A DNA stretch of 64,000 nt, taken from contig JAKSVH010000002.1 in NCBI GenBank assembly GCA_024408085.1, positions 43,613-107,612 on the forward strand. Reading direction: 5' to 3'. Origin of the DNA: Bacilli bacterium. Its GTDB lineage: Bacteria; Bacillota_I; Bacilli_A; RFN20; CAG-826. The position numbers and the translations under genes are program-made. Shown here in pieces: positions 23,001 through 32,085 of the stretch. Under the pieces are notes generated by a model that was given only the letters and a program-made list of their open reading frames with translations, searched no databases and was not told the origin of the DNA. Numbering within the stretch: the stretch's first letter is position 1; each line of letters starts with the position of its first letter.

Positions 23001-26000
23001 GTTGCGTCATTTGGTGTGACGGTAGCAACTACTGTTTCTTCGCCACCTTCAACGATGCTGAGTGTTTCCTTATCTAAAGTGATATTTTCAACATCAATAA
23101 TCTTTTCAACAACTGTAACAACACATTTGGCTTCAAATTCTCCATCGGTTGTCTTGACTGTAATGGTTGCTTCACCAGCACTGACTGCTGTGACCTTACC
23201 ATCTACAACTGTTGCGATTGAATCATTTGAAGAAGTCCATGTAACAGTTTTATCGTCTGCATTATCTGGGGATACGGTAGCGATTAATTGCTCGTTTGCG
23301 CCTTCTTGAAGAGTTGTTGTTTCTTTATTTAATGAAACGCCTGTGACGTGCTCAACATATTCATCAAATCCAACAGTAATTGATTTAATATAAATAGCAT
23401 TCTTTGTAGGAGCTAAACTGAAGAAATCAAATCCTTCTTCAGGTGCCATAATAACTATTTTACCTTCAACATTTAAAGGATATTCTGTGTCTTTGCCGAG
23501 GTTAACTGCATTTTCAGTTGGTAATACGCTGTCACCAAATCTTAAATCTGCAGTAGCGTTTTCTGTTGCACCGGATGCGAGATCGATAACAACATATGTG
23601 ATATCTTTGCTAAATCCAAATAAGTTATGTAATTCTGATTTAGGAGTTGTTGAACCACTAATTTGAATATTTCCAGACTTGTCTGCCTTAGCTTGCGTCC
23701 ATGCAAAGTATTCACTTGAATCGCTAGCATAATCTCCTATAAGTCCTAGTGATTCAGCAGTAATTACATATTCGTCCATTGTAGAGACGTCAATAAATCT
23801 TTCTTCTACTGTAACTTCACATTCATCAAATGCAGCAGGATTATCAACGGATTTAACGATAACTTTTGCTGTGCCTGGTTGTAAGCCGGTAACACAACCG
23901 TCTTCATCAACGGAAATGATATCTTCTTTTCCTTCTTCAACACTCCAAATAAGATCTGTAATTGTAGCGTTATCTGGGGACACGGTAGCTGTTAATGTAG
24001 TACAACCACCTTGCAAAATTTCTGTTTTGTGATCTGTTAATTCAACTTTTGTAACAGGAACTTTTGTTGCAGCAACTTTAACTTCACAAGTAGCTGAAAT
24101 TTCTGGATCATCAGTTGCAACTGTAATTATGGCTGTGCCTGGAGCATATGCAGAGATAATGCCATCGGTGCCAACGTCTGCAATTTCAGGATGATCAGAA
24201 CTATATGTGAGTGTTGTGTGTGTTGTGTCGCTTGGATTTAAAGTTGCTTTAAGCATAAAGGATTCTTCAACAACAAGAGATAATGATTCTTTGTTTAATT
24301 GTATTCCTTCAAGTGGAACATTATAATCAACAAAACCGATTTCGATTGAAGAGAAATATGTCGCGCCTTTTGTATTTTTTAAACTGAAGAATGTTGCATC
24401 TTCTGATGGCTTAATAACTACATAGGTGCCCGCTGTTGTTATATCATAGACAGTACCTGATCCCATTGGAATTACATCGCCGGTCGGCATTCTTGAATTA
24501 CCAAAACGCATTTCAATTGTGTTGTTCGCTGAAATGTCATTTCCTACAGCAAGTTTTACATATTTAATAGGTCTACTATAAGCATACTTGTTGTGGAGCT
24601 CTGAGTCTTTAGGGTTGTCTCCAGTGCTATAGTTTCCTTGAATACTTCCGCTCGCGCTATGTTTTGCTAAGTCAGTCCATGCATATTCGTCATTTGAACC
24701 AGATCCATAAGAGCCAAGATTTAATGATTCAGCACCTGCAGTTAAGACAACTTTGTCAACTTCATCAACATCGATGAATTTATTAACAACAGTAACTGTG
24801 CATGATGCGGATAAGCCACTATTTACATTTGAAGCTTTAACAATGACTTCTCCAGCTTTAAGTGCAGTAACTTTTCCATTATCTAGCGATACGATATCTT
24901 CTTCGCCTTCTACACTCCAAACTAATTCAGGATGAGTTGCATCTGCAGGCAAGACAGTTGCGATTAATTGCTTTTCATCATCAAGAGCAAGGGTGATTGC
25001 TTCTTCATCTAATTCGATGCTTGTAACTAATACCTCATTCTCTGTAACGTTTACTGCAATATTTGTATGTTTTGTGCCATCAGCACTTGTAACTGTAAGA
25101 GTTGCACTACCTGCTTTAAGTGCTGTAATTTTACCATTATCAACTGAGATAATTTCTGTGTCTTCTGTTGACCATGTTACTTCTTGAGGGGCCTTGGCTG
25201 GTAAAACACCTGCGGTAAGAGTGATTTCTTCACCTTCAGCCATGTTTAATGACGTGATTTGTGTTTCACCATTCTTAACATATACTGAATCTGGTTCGTA
25301 TGTAGATTTATCGGTTACTACAGATGTTGTTCCAGAACATAATTGTGGTTCACCACCATTATTTCCTACATAACAATTTGTAATTTCAATCTCGCCATCT
25401 AATTTAACGGTATTAATTTCATCAATAGCTGCTTGTGAAACTAATGCTTTCTTCATATAGAATGTGTATGTTTTTTCAAGATTGTCCTTAAAGGCAACAT
25501 TCATTGAATAATTGCCGCTAGTTGCTGTTAATTCGGTTTTCTTAACAACGTTTTTGAAATCAACAAGATTTAAGAAAGCAGCTGTATCCATTTTTTCGCT
25601 GCTATCTATAACTGCTTTATTAACAGTAACTTCATCATCAGAAACTGTAATGTCGTTAATTGAAATATTAACTGTTTTAGCAACGCCACCAGATTTAACA
25701 ACTTGAGATCTCATAGATAATTTTTTGCCAAGTACAACTTTTGTAGATTCGCTCTTAAGTACTACTGTAATTGCATGGTCGCCATCTTGAATAATGGCTT
25801 CCTTGCCCATAACAAAGGTAACACATCCAGAAATATTAAATGAACGTTCTGATGTTTCCCCTTCTTCATGAGACATCGCTTCATTGTAAGCATGGACTAC
25901 ACCATCTGCTGCAGCATTAACTGAAACAACACATGACGCTGTTTTTGAGCTATCTGTAGTTGATGTAACTGTAATTGTTGATGCACCAACACCGACAGCA

Positions 26001-27532
26001 GTTAATTTGCCGGTTTCATCAACCTTAACAATATCTTCTTCACTAGAAGACCACACAACATCTTTAAATGTGGCATTTTCTGGGAAGATAGTTGCGGTTA
26101 ATGATTCTGAAACATCATCAATATCTAATGTCATTGTTGTATTGTTCAATTCGATACGATCAACTGGAACAATTTCACTAACGACAGTGATTTTACATGT
26201 TGCGGTCTTACCGTTAACGGTTGAAGCGGTGACAATTTCTTCGCCTGCCATTAAACCTTTAACTTTACCGTTATCAACACTGACAATACCTTTGTCTTCA
26301 GTTGACCATGTAACTGTTTTATCGATTGCGTATGATGGGAGAACTTCTGAAACAAGAGTAACTTCACCATCAATTTCAATTGTAGCTTCTGATTTATCTA
26401 AAAGAATACCTGTAGCTGGTACTGGTACTGGAGCTTTTGCATAAATATGTGGTTTTGGGTAAGTTTGAGTTGACTTATAACAAGCAAAACGTTCAGAACC
26501 TTGGTTTAAGAATAAAGTATTGTGTTCTGTGTTTGCTGGGTCAATACATGTAATTGTTGCTTCACCATCAACAATCTCAATATTAAATGAGGAGTCTGGT
26601 CCAATAGCATCAACTTCGAGTAATTGATTTTTATCGCTTTTTGCAGCTAAATATTTACCACTAGCTGTTTTAAATGAATATGAACCGTCTTTATTTTTAA
26701 TTGTAAAGAAAGAACCGGAACCCTCTCCTAATAATAATTTATCATTATCGACTGTAGCTGCAATAGATTTGAAGTATGTTGAACTTGAAGCTTTTGTTTG
26801 CTCATGGTCCATTGCAAAATATTCATTGTTATATCTGCCAACAAAATTGACTGTTGCACCATCAAGTACTGGCCCGACATCGACTAATGTAGCATCATCA
26901 CTTGTTTTTGATGGGAATGGTATTACTGGGTCTTCAACTGTAATAGAAATAACCTTTTTTACGTCTGGATTTTTTTCAGAGGTAATTGTAACTTTAGCAG
27001 TACCTGCTCCAACAGCTTCAATTTCGCCGTTTTCATTAATAATTACGACGCTTTCTTTGCTACTGGATAAATTAACTACTTTATCACTAGCTGGAGCTTC
27101 GTTAGGTAAAACATTAACAAGAACCTCTTGTGTATCTCCTACAACCATTGTGATTGAGTCAGATGCAGGTTTAACAAGCTCAATGCCTGTAATTGGAATA
27201 TCTGGTCTTCCTGTACCAACTGCTACAAGACATGGGACGTCATTTGCGTATACCGTGGTTGTACCATTCTTATGTCCGGTAACAACACCATTTTGGTCAA
27301 CGCTAGCAATTGATGCGTCATCTGAACGCCAATTAACTTCAACAGAACAACCTTCCATATTGCTTGATGCAGTTAATTGTTTTGTTTCATTAATCTCAAT
27401 AGTGATTGCTTGGCTATCAAGGATAACTGATGCTTGATCACATTGAGGACCTGGTTCTTTGCCACAGGAGCCTAGTGCTACTGCCGCTGCTGCAGCAAAT
27501 GGAATTAATAAGAGTAACGATTTCTTTTTCAT
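20030..27532 (-). CDS. giant surface lipoprotein (2500 aa) with many Big_2 Ig-like domains and three copies of a novel roughly 150-aa module
   Basis: Signal peptide with lipobox (MKKKSLLLLIPFAAAAAVALGSCG) after the SD AAGGAGAG. The ORF-track start at 27565 is an over-extension. Repeated Big_2 signatures (V.W.S.D..IA.VD..G.VTA...G.A.ITV). Three paralogous modules ELHN-YA(Y/F)S..IKYV...FG(D/N)S..PTG......G..Y.....G..VI.P......FSL.......Y..SIE.GF(V/D)(D/E)Y. Confidence 0.85.
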   Translation of the reverse strand: MKKKSLLLLIPFAAAAAVALGSCGKEPGPQCDQASVILDSQAITIEINETKQLTASSNMEGCSVEVNWRSDDASIASVDQNGVVTGHKNGTTTVYANDVPCLVAVGTGRPDIPITGIELVKPASDSITMVVGDTQEVLVNVLPNEAPASDKVVNLSSSKESVVIINENGEIEAVGAGTAKVTITSEKNPDVKKVISITVEDPVIPFPSKTSDDATLVDVGPVLDGATVNFVGRYNNEYFAMDHEQTKASSSTYFKSIAATVDNDKLLLGEGSGSFFTIKNKDGSYSFKTASGKYLAAKSDKNQLLEVDAIGPDSSFNIEIVDGEATITCIDPANTEHNTLFLNQGSERFACYKSTQTYPKPHIYAKAPVPVPATGILLDKSEATIEIDGEVTLVSEVLPSYAIDKTVTWSTEDKGIVSVDNGKVKGLMAGEEIVTASTVNGKTATCKITVVSEIVPVDRIELNNTTMTLDIDDVSESLTATIFPENATFKDVVWSSSEEDIVKVDETGKLTAVGVGASTITVTSTTDSSKTASCVVSVNAAADGVVHAYNEAMSHEEGETSERSFNISGCVTFVMGKEAIIQDGDHAITVVLKSESTKVVLGKKLSMRSQVVKSGGVAKTVNISINDITVSDDEVTVNKAVIDSSEKMDTAAFLNLVDFKNVVKKTELTATSGNYSMNVAFKDNLEKTYTFYMKKALVSQAAIDEINTVKLDGEIEITNCYVGNNGGEPQLCSGTTSVVTDKSTYEPDSVYVKNGETQITSLNMAEGEEITLTAGVLPAKAPQEVTWSTEDTEIISVDNGKITALKAGSATLTVTSADGTKHTNIAVNVTENEVLVTSIELDEEAITLALDDEKQLIATVLPADATHPELVWSVEGEEDIVSLDNGKVTALKAGEVIVKASNVNSGLSASCTVTVVNKFIDVDEVDKVVLTAGAESLNLGSYGSGSNDEYAWTDLAKHSASGSIQGNYSTGDNPKDSELHNKYAYSRPIKYVKLAVGNDISANNTIEMRFGNSRMPTGDVIPMGSGTVYDITTAGTYVVIKPSEDATFFSLKNTKGATYFSSIEIGFVDYNVPLEGIQLNKESLSLVVEESFMLKATLNPSDTTHTTLTYSSDHPEIADVGTDGIISAYAPGTAIITVATDDPEISATCEVKVAATKVPVTKVELTDHKTEILQGGCTTLTATVSPDNATITDLIWSVEEGKEDIISVDEDGCVTGLQPGTAKVIVKSVDNPAAFDECEVTVEERFIDVSTMDEYVITAESLGLIGDYASDSSEYFAWTQAKADKSGNIQISGSTTPKSELHNLFGFSKDITYVVIDLASGATENATADLRFGDSVLPTENAVNLGKDTEYPLNVEGKIVIMAPEEGFDFFSLAPTKNAIYIKSITVGFDEYVEHVTGVSLNKETTTLQEGANEQLIATVSPDNADDKTVTWTSSNDSIATVVDGKVTAVSAGEATITVKTTDGEFEAKCVVTVVEKIIDVENITLDKETLSIVEGGEETVVATVTPNDATHPEHTWSSSDETVATVDQNGKVTAVGAGEATITVKVDDDESKYAECVVTVTAAVKHELPYNGSFSWDSETNSPVFPDGVWTGTGEAYLNDKVYGLRAKDEYVQSIKLFEDTTAIQVDVTSIVNTSTSAEYVVTVYALNDAGEVVSSATFNPDFTNAGSLDKVLELATTKSVVITGEGISGVKIAFTKTNSKNLALVSVNIIDVTKVSGVSLNESELTMELGETGALVATVMPETASNKNCTFSSDHPEIVSVDTNTGEIEAVGVGKATITVTTSQGSFTDTCEINVSESKVAVTGVEFAKDSITLATGDKETVDVTVSPADAYDKSVSYLSNNTSIATVDENGEITAVAPGTATITVTTTDGSFTDTCEVTVLTKTTITNTNDFPGSSYDKNNFARYAADGSGLLFETYQVNKNSGTIQFQKNAGKLWNVSPISGLSEIRFSVSAGSVTVYAGDELKTTDNVLNPVDNVYTVPAGCSYFYIVGSKDAVTNLSDIEIVYDEIPEYVIPVESVSLDKTTLDLTPTSEPVTLVPEINPSSVLNKEVIWSIKADSDDCITLENGVVTPKAVGTATVICTSAADTTKYAECVVTVSATEKKIDVTEVDTFTLTPDSLGLTGSYVTTETTTADGNFSYISAMKGNSSIQMKKDGGGELHNNYAFSREIKYVKLEISKAAADSAKASMFFGDSASPTGNEIALGSGSSYAINAVGSVVIKPAAGSTYFSLKATNGTIYFASIELGFVDYVAPAVESVTLDKTELAMTVGDDDVTLVPTFSPADAEAKSAVWASDAEGVATVTNGVVHAVAAGTANITYTVDGKVATCVVTVEASSGFNKDDYNQVTKTINFNGTITPDPLGNNSCVWTNENVSVAVNKGSSNTVVGNTDQQYIGSEATPEIRLYKGQEIVFDLADENYVILAIDVQLTNNSSSNFENSTFTNVSFEKTAGSGSIGIANPFTYSFAAKKVVTDGKIVAAGAFRISSISITYGIPKTA

Positions 27533-27562
27533 TTTTCTCTCCTTTATTTCTTGATGAGTTAA

Positions 27563-27642
27563 CAAAAAATGTCCGTAATAAACACGCGCACTAAATGCAC
27601 TTTGTGTTTACGACGAACATTGTTTCGTAAATCATAAGGTTA
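27563..27642 (-). promoter_or_regulatory. conserved 5' leader of giant gene 1, paralogous to 31963-32043
   Basis: About 80 nt. Shares AACCUUAUGAUUUACGAAACA (22/22) and CGUCGUAAACAC (12/12) with the leader of gene 2. Contains a U6 tract 32-37 nt upstream of the ATG. A TATAAT at 27649-27654 lies just upstream, which places the conserved block inside the transcript. Confidence 0.5.
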
Positions 27643-27726
27643 TTTAAATTATAAGATATAAATCTTAGAAAGTGAAATGTCTTTTGATTAATTTTATTTT
27701 AGTGGGCATACATGCGAATTTTTTGC

Positions 27727-27774
27727 ACAAAAAAAGATCAACTTGCGAGGTTAATCGTAGAGGTTGATCTTTGA
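27727..27774. terminator. conserved hairpin element (copy B), 3' of giant lipoprotein gene 2
   Basis: GCACAAAAAAAGATCAAC-TTGCGAGGTTAATCGTAGAG-GTTGATCTTT. It differs from copy A by one inserted G in the loop and one substitution in the flank. Confidence 0.55.
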
Positions 27775-27779
27775 TTTAA

Positions 27780-30700
27780 CTAAAATTCAACTTTAATACC
27801 GTTAACAATCATTCTCTTATTTGAGCCTGTGTTGCTATTGGTTAAATTGAAGATAACTCTGAAATATACACCATCCCAATCACTTTCTGCAGGCTTTTCA
27901 AATGAAATATAGCCATTATCAACATAGTCAGCAGTTAATGACTCAATTGCATTCTTGTCAGAAGCCGCATCGCTTGCTGAACTATAGATTTTTAAAGTAA
28001 CAGAATTTACAGTAATTTCAGATTGTTTTGCGCCTGTACTAATTGAGAAAACAGAAACTTCATTATCAAAAGCGGTTTGTGAACATATATATCTATCACC
28101 AATAGCGCCTTTTCCGCCAAGTCCAACATAGTCACCAAGAGTAGTGTTGCCATTAACAATCCAATCTATACCATTGAGTTTACTATAAGTATAGGTTCCA
28201 GTGTAACTTGAGTTGCCACCAGCACCACCTTCGGTTGAAACTTTATAGAAATTGCCTTCGTATGGGTCAACAACAACAGAGCCTTCATCTACAAATGTCA
28301 CTTGAACTTCCGTAGGGCCGTTTACCTTAAATGAATATGTTCCTGAGCTTTCAGTAACTGTAGCACCAGTAGACACCGCTACTGATTTGACTTTGTATCC
28401 GCTATCTGGGGTAACTGTAAATGAATAAGTTGCTCTATTTAAAGCTGTGGCTGTTGGCAAGTTAACTGTTCCGTGTTCAGTGGCCTTAGCGGTAATAGCT
28501 TGAGCTTCTTGAGTTAATGTTTTAATGTAACTTGTTCCTTGTGTTGTTTCTACCCCATATTTTGAGTCGTTTTTAACTTTACCACAAGCTAAAACAGTAT
28601 CACCAATTTGGACATCATCAACTGATGTAAATTTACCAGATGTTGATCCATTCATCATTCTGAAACAGATAAAATCTGTATTATCAATCTTAAATGAGAA
28701 ATTACCAAATTCTGTGCTAAACGCTTCAGTAAATGAAGTAACTGTTCCTCTAACCCAAACTGCTTCATCACTTGTTTCGTCAGAAGACAATGATTGTCCG
28801 TAAGCTAAGGCTTCTGCTCCAGTAAATGGATTGTCTTCAGTACCCTTTTCCTCGCCTTGTGGATTAACGGTGATAGCGTATGTATCTGATTTTCCTTCGT
28901 ATGTAACTGTGACTGTATCATCTTCAGTAGTTAATGCGACTGATGGAGAAACAGAATATTCAGCTGCTTGAAGAACTTTATCTTCACCGCCATTTGTGTA
29001 ATGAGCAGTAACAACTAAGCCATCTTTAACAACTAATTCACCTTCAGTGTATGTTGTTTTTGCTTTTGATGCATCAACTGAAATTGACTCTAATTCTGGT
29101 TGTGGAGCTGGTTCTGATAAAACAGAGACTTCACAATAATCTGATTTTTCTGTATTAAATGTAGAAGTTGCAACAACTTTTGCGCTACCTTCTGCAACAG
29201 CTGTAACAACACCATTATCAACTGTGACACATCCTGCTGGGTCTGCATCAACAACTGACCAAGTAACCGTTTCTTCTGCACCACCAACTGCGTCAACAGC
29301 TGCTGATAATGTAACAGATGTTGTTTCTGTAAGATCTAAGCTTGCAGTCTTTGGAGAAACTGTAACACCGTTAACTGCTGGTTCAGCTGGTTCCGCTTTT
29401 TCCCATTGAATTTCAACGGATTTAATATAAGCAGATTTTGCAGCACTTGCGGTTGTATTAATTGTAATTGTTGAACCTGATGCAGAACCTTCGAATGTTA
29501 CGTCAACATGGTTGGCTTTTTCCATTGTAAAGGCTGAGCCAAAATCACTTGCTCCAACTTTAGCAGAAACTATGACATCACTTGCTGTTGAGTTAGTTGA
29601 AGCATCAACAATAATTTTCTTAATAACTAATTCTGATGGGAAGTTAGAAATTGTAACAACACCTGGATTTTTATTCCATTGAATACCTCTATCACCTTCA
29701 TATCCTTGAATTGTGCCTGAGGCAGCCATTGATGCTCCGGTTTTGCCAGATTCTTCAAATGCGTCTTTTGCAGTAAATGTAAATTTACTTGCTAATACTT
29801 CTGGTGCTTCTGAAACTGTAATATCAACAGATGCTGTTTTTCCGTTGTAAGAAACAACAACTTTGTCATCGCTTAATTCTAATGCACCATCTGGTGAATA
29901 AGTATAATTTGTAATAACTGCTGGATCGCCTACATTGTAATTTGCTTTGACAACCATGCCTGCTGGATCAAATGATTCGCCTTCAACATAATTAACCTTT
30001 GATGGTTGTGTATCAATAACAATTGATTGCAATTCTCTTGCTGTAACAGTGATGTTGACATCAACTGACTTGCCGCCATATGAAACGGTGACTTTATTAT
30101 CAGTTGGTGCTAAAGCACCTGCAGGTGAAATTGTCCAACCAGATGTAATGTCTTCTTCGCTACTATCAGAATAAACTGCATGAAGAATCAATCCAGCTGC
30201 ATTGAATGATTCACCTTCGTTATAAGCAAGTTTTGATGGTTGAGTTTTTACTGTTAATGTTGTTAATTCTTTTTGTGGTTCAGAACCTTCAAAATTGAAT
30301 AACAATTCCTCTACATAAGAAGCAAAGTTTGTGGAAGCAAGGCTAAAGTACTTGGCTCCAGCTGATGGTGTAACATCAAATGTGCCTTTTGCGTTGATTG
30401 GGTAGCTTGTTTCACTTCCCAAGACAATAGTTTCTCCTAATGCTGCTGTTGCACCAAAACAGAAATCTAATGTTGCATCATTACCGGCTTCTTTAGAAAT
30501 TTTAACTGTAACTTTTGTTATTGTTTTGCTAAATGGAATGATATTTGAAACTGTTCCAGATTTGCTTTTAAATTGCATGCTTGGTTTGTTGTATGTACCA
30601 ATATCCTTGTATGAGAAACCATTATTTGTTCCTTCATAATAACCATTTTCTTTTTGATCAAGGCCAAGAGCAGCTAATCCGACTGAATATTCTTTATCTA

Positions 30701-31931
30701 CTGTAATTTCTCCAGTAGGAACTGGTTTTGCATTAACTGTAACATCAACTGGTTTGGTTGCTGTTTGTCCACCAAATGTTGCACTAAATGTAACACTTGT
30801 ATCACCAAGTGCTGCTTTTTCCTTGTTTGGTGTAATTGCAACTGTTACTGTTTCAGTTGTATCGTCTGTGTATGTTGCAACAACAGATAAACCTGCTGCA
30901 GAATAGGCTTCGCCTTCTTCATAAACAGTCTTTGTTGCTGTTCCTGCAATTGCAAGTGATTTAACTTCTTTAGTTGGTGTTGGTTCGCTTGCTGTTAATT
31001 CAGAACCATCAACAACAATAAGTTGTCTTCCATCACGATCGCCAACAACAACTTTATTTAAAACTACGGTTACGCCTTCGGTTGCTGCATTCAAGAATGT
31101 GGTGTAATCGTTAACGATTCCGCCCTTGAAGAATACAGGAACATTTTCTCCAGCGATTGCGATTGTTAATGTTGTATCGTTGTTCTTTGTATTGACTTCC
31201 TTTTTAATAACAACGCCTTGTGCGTTTGCTAAAACGTTTGTTTTAAGAGCATCTAATGCTGCTTTACTAGCAACGTTTGCTGGTTGAGGAACAACGCCAT
31301 CACCATCAGCTTCAACTTTAATATCGCCTGATGTTTCAACTAAGCCTTTGTAGTTACAAAGTGCTGCTGTAACTTTGACTTTCTTACCAATTACAAGTTT
31401 TGGTACGTCTGCTTCTGCTGGGTGATATAAATCAATACCATATTCTCCGTCTTGAATGAAGTATTCACCAGAGCAATTTCTAATTGCAACTACAGTTGCG
31501 CTGAATGTCATTGGTTCTGTAGCACCTGAAGTTTTTGCAAATCCAGCTTCATAAGCTTCTTTTAATCCGCTTACGACTGGTGGGGTTGGTGCATCATCGT
31601 CAACTTTCAAGTTGAATGAGCCTGATCCATAGTTGATAACAACATCGCCTGCTTTGACACCTGTGACTAAACCGTTGGTATCAACAGTTGCGATTGTTGA
31701 ATCATTTGAACCCCAACTAAAGGTACAACCAGAGATATTGACCTCTGCTGTTAATTGCAATGTCTGTCCTGGTTTGATTGTTGTGACGCCACCCGCAGAA
31801 GTAATACTTACTGTAGCTGACTCACATTGCGGATCTGGGGTTGGTCCTGGTGGGTTTGGGTTTGCTCTTTCACAACCCGCCAAACCTGCAGCCGCAAATG
31901 GAATGATTAAGAGTAATGCTTTTCTTTTCAT
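27780..31931 (-). CDS. giant surface lipoprotein (1383 aa) with Big_2 domains, paralogous to the 2500-aa gene
   Basis: Related lipoprotein signal peptide (MKRKALLLIIPFAAAGLAGC) after the SD AAGGAGGA. Repeated Big_2 domains. A module related to the 150-aa repeat (…LGSETSYPINAKGTFDVTPSAGAKYFSLAST…). Confidence 0.85.
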   Translation of the reverse strand: MKRKALLLIIPFAAAGLAGCERANPNPPGPTPDPQCESATVSITSAGGVTTIKPGQTLQLTAEVNISGCTFSWGSNDSTIATVDTNGLVTGVKAGDVVINYGSGSFNLKVDDDAPTPPVVSGLKEAYEAGFAKTSGATEPMTFSATVVAIRNCSGEYFIQDGEYGIDLYHPAEADVPKLVIGKKVKVTAALCNYKGLVETSGDIKVEADGDGVVPQPANVASKAALDALKTNVLANAQGVVIKKEVNTKNNDTTLTIAIAGENVPVFFKGGIVNDYTTFLNAATEGVTVVLNKVVVGDRDGRQLIVVDGSELTASEPTPTKEVKSLAIAGTATKTVYEEGEAYSAAGLSVVATYTDDTTETVTVAITPNKEKAALGDTSVTFSATFGGQTATKPVDVTVNAKPVPTGEITVDKEYSVGLAALGLDQKENGYYEGTNNGFSYKDIGTYNKPSMQFKSKSGTVSNIIPFSKTITKVTVKISKEAGNDATLDFCFGATAALGETIVLGSETSYPINAKGTFDVTPSAGAKYFSLASTNFASYVEELLFNFEGSEPQKELTTLTVKTQPSKLAYNEGESFNAAGLILHAVYSDSSEEDITSGWTISPAGALAPTDNKVTVSYGGKSVDVNITVTARELQSIVIDTQPSKVNYVEGESFDPAGMVVKANYNVGDPAVITNYTYSPDGALELSDDKVVVSYNGKTASVDITVSEAPEVLASKFTFTAKDAFEESGKTGASMAASGTIQGYEGDRGIQWNKNPGVVTISNFPSELVIKKIIVDASTNSTASDVIVSAKVGASDFGSAFTMEKANHVDVTFEGSASGSTITINTTASAAKSAYIKSVEIQWEKAEPAEPAVNGVTVSPKTASLDLTETTSVTLSAAVDAVGGAEETVTWSVVDADPAGCVTVDNGVVTAVAEGSAKVVATSTFNTEKSDYCEVSVLSEPAPQPELESISVDASKAKTTYTEGELVVKDGLVVTAHYTNGGEDKVLQAAEYSVSPSVALTTEDDTVTVTYEGKSDTYAITVNPQGEEKGTEDNPFTGAEALAYGQSLSSDETSDEAVWVRGTVTSFTEAFSTEFGNFSFKIDNTDFICFRMMNGSTSGKFTSVDDVQIGDTVLACGKVKNDSKYGVETTQGTSYIKTLTQEAQAITAKATEHGTVNLPTATALNRATYSFTVTPDSGYKVKSVAVSTGATVTESSGTYSFKVNGPTEVQVTFVDEGSVVVDPYEGNFYKVSTEGGAGGNSSYTGTYTYSKLNGIDWIVNGNTTLGDYVGLGGKGAIGDRYICSQTAFDNEVSVFSISTGAKQSEITVNSVTLKIYSSASDAASDKNAIESLTADYVDNGYISFEKPAESDWDGVYFRVIFNLTNSNTGSNKRMIVNGIKVEF

Positions 31932-31962
31932 TTATACTCCTCCTTTTGAGACTTAGACATAC

Positions 31963-32043
31963 AAAAAAATCCGTATGAACACTAATACGCAATTTTGCGC
32001 TTGGTGTTTACGACGGAGTTTGTTTCGTAAATCATAAGGTTGC
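31963..32043 (-). promoter_or_regulatory. conserved 5' leader of giant gene 2, paralogous to 27563-27642
   Basis: See 27563-27642. The U7 tract lies 33-39 nt upstream of the ATG. Confidence 0.5.
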
Positions 32044-32085
32044 TTATATTTTAATATAATATTTCAACCTTGTATAGACTAAATT

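Noticed and set aside
21822-27437. Multiple plus-strand ORFs of 60-220 aa inside the giant lipoprotein gene (for example 21822..22265, 23016..23309, 26007..26444, 26769..27437)
   Set aside because: They are antisense to a long, well-supported CDS. Their S/T/V-rich low-complexity translations are what the reverse strand of Ig-domain repeats typically produces.
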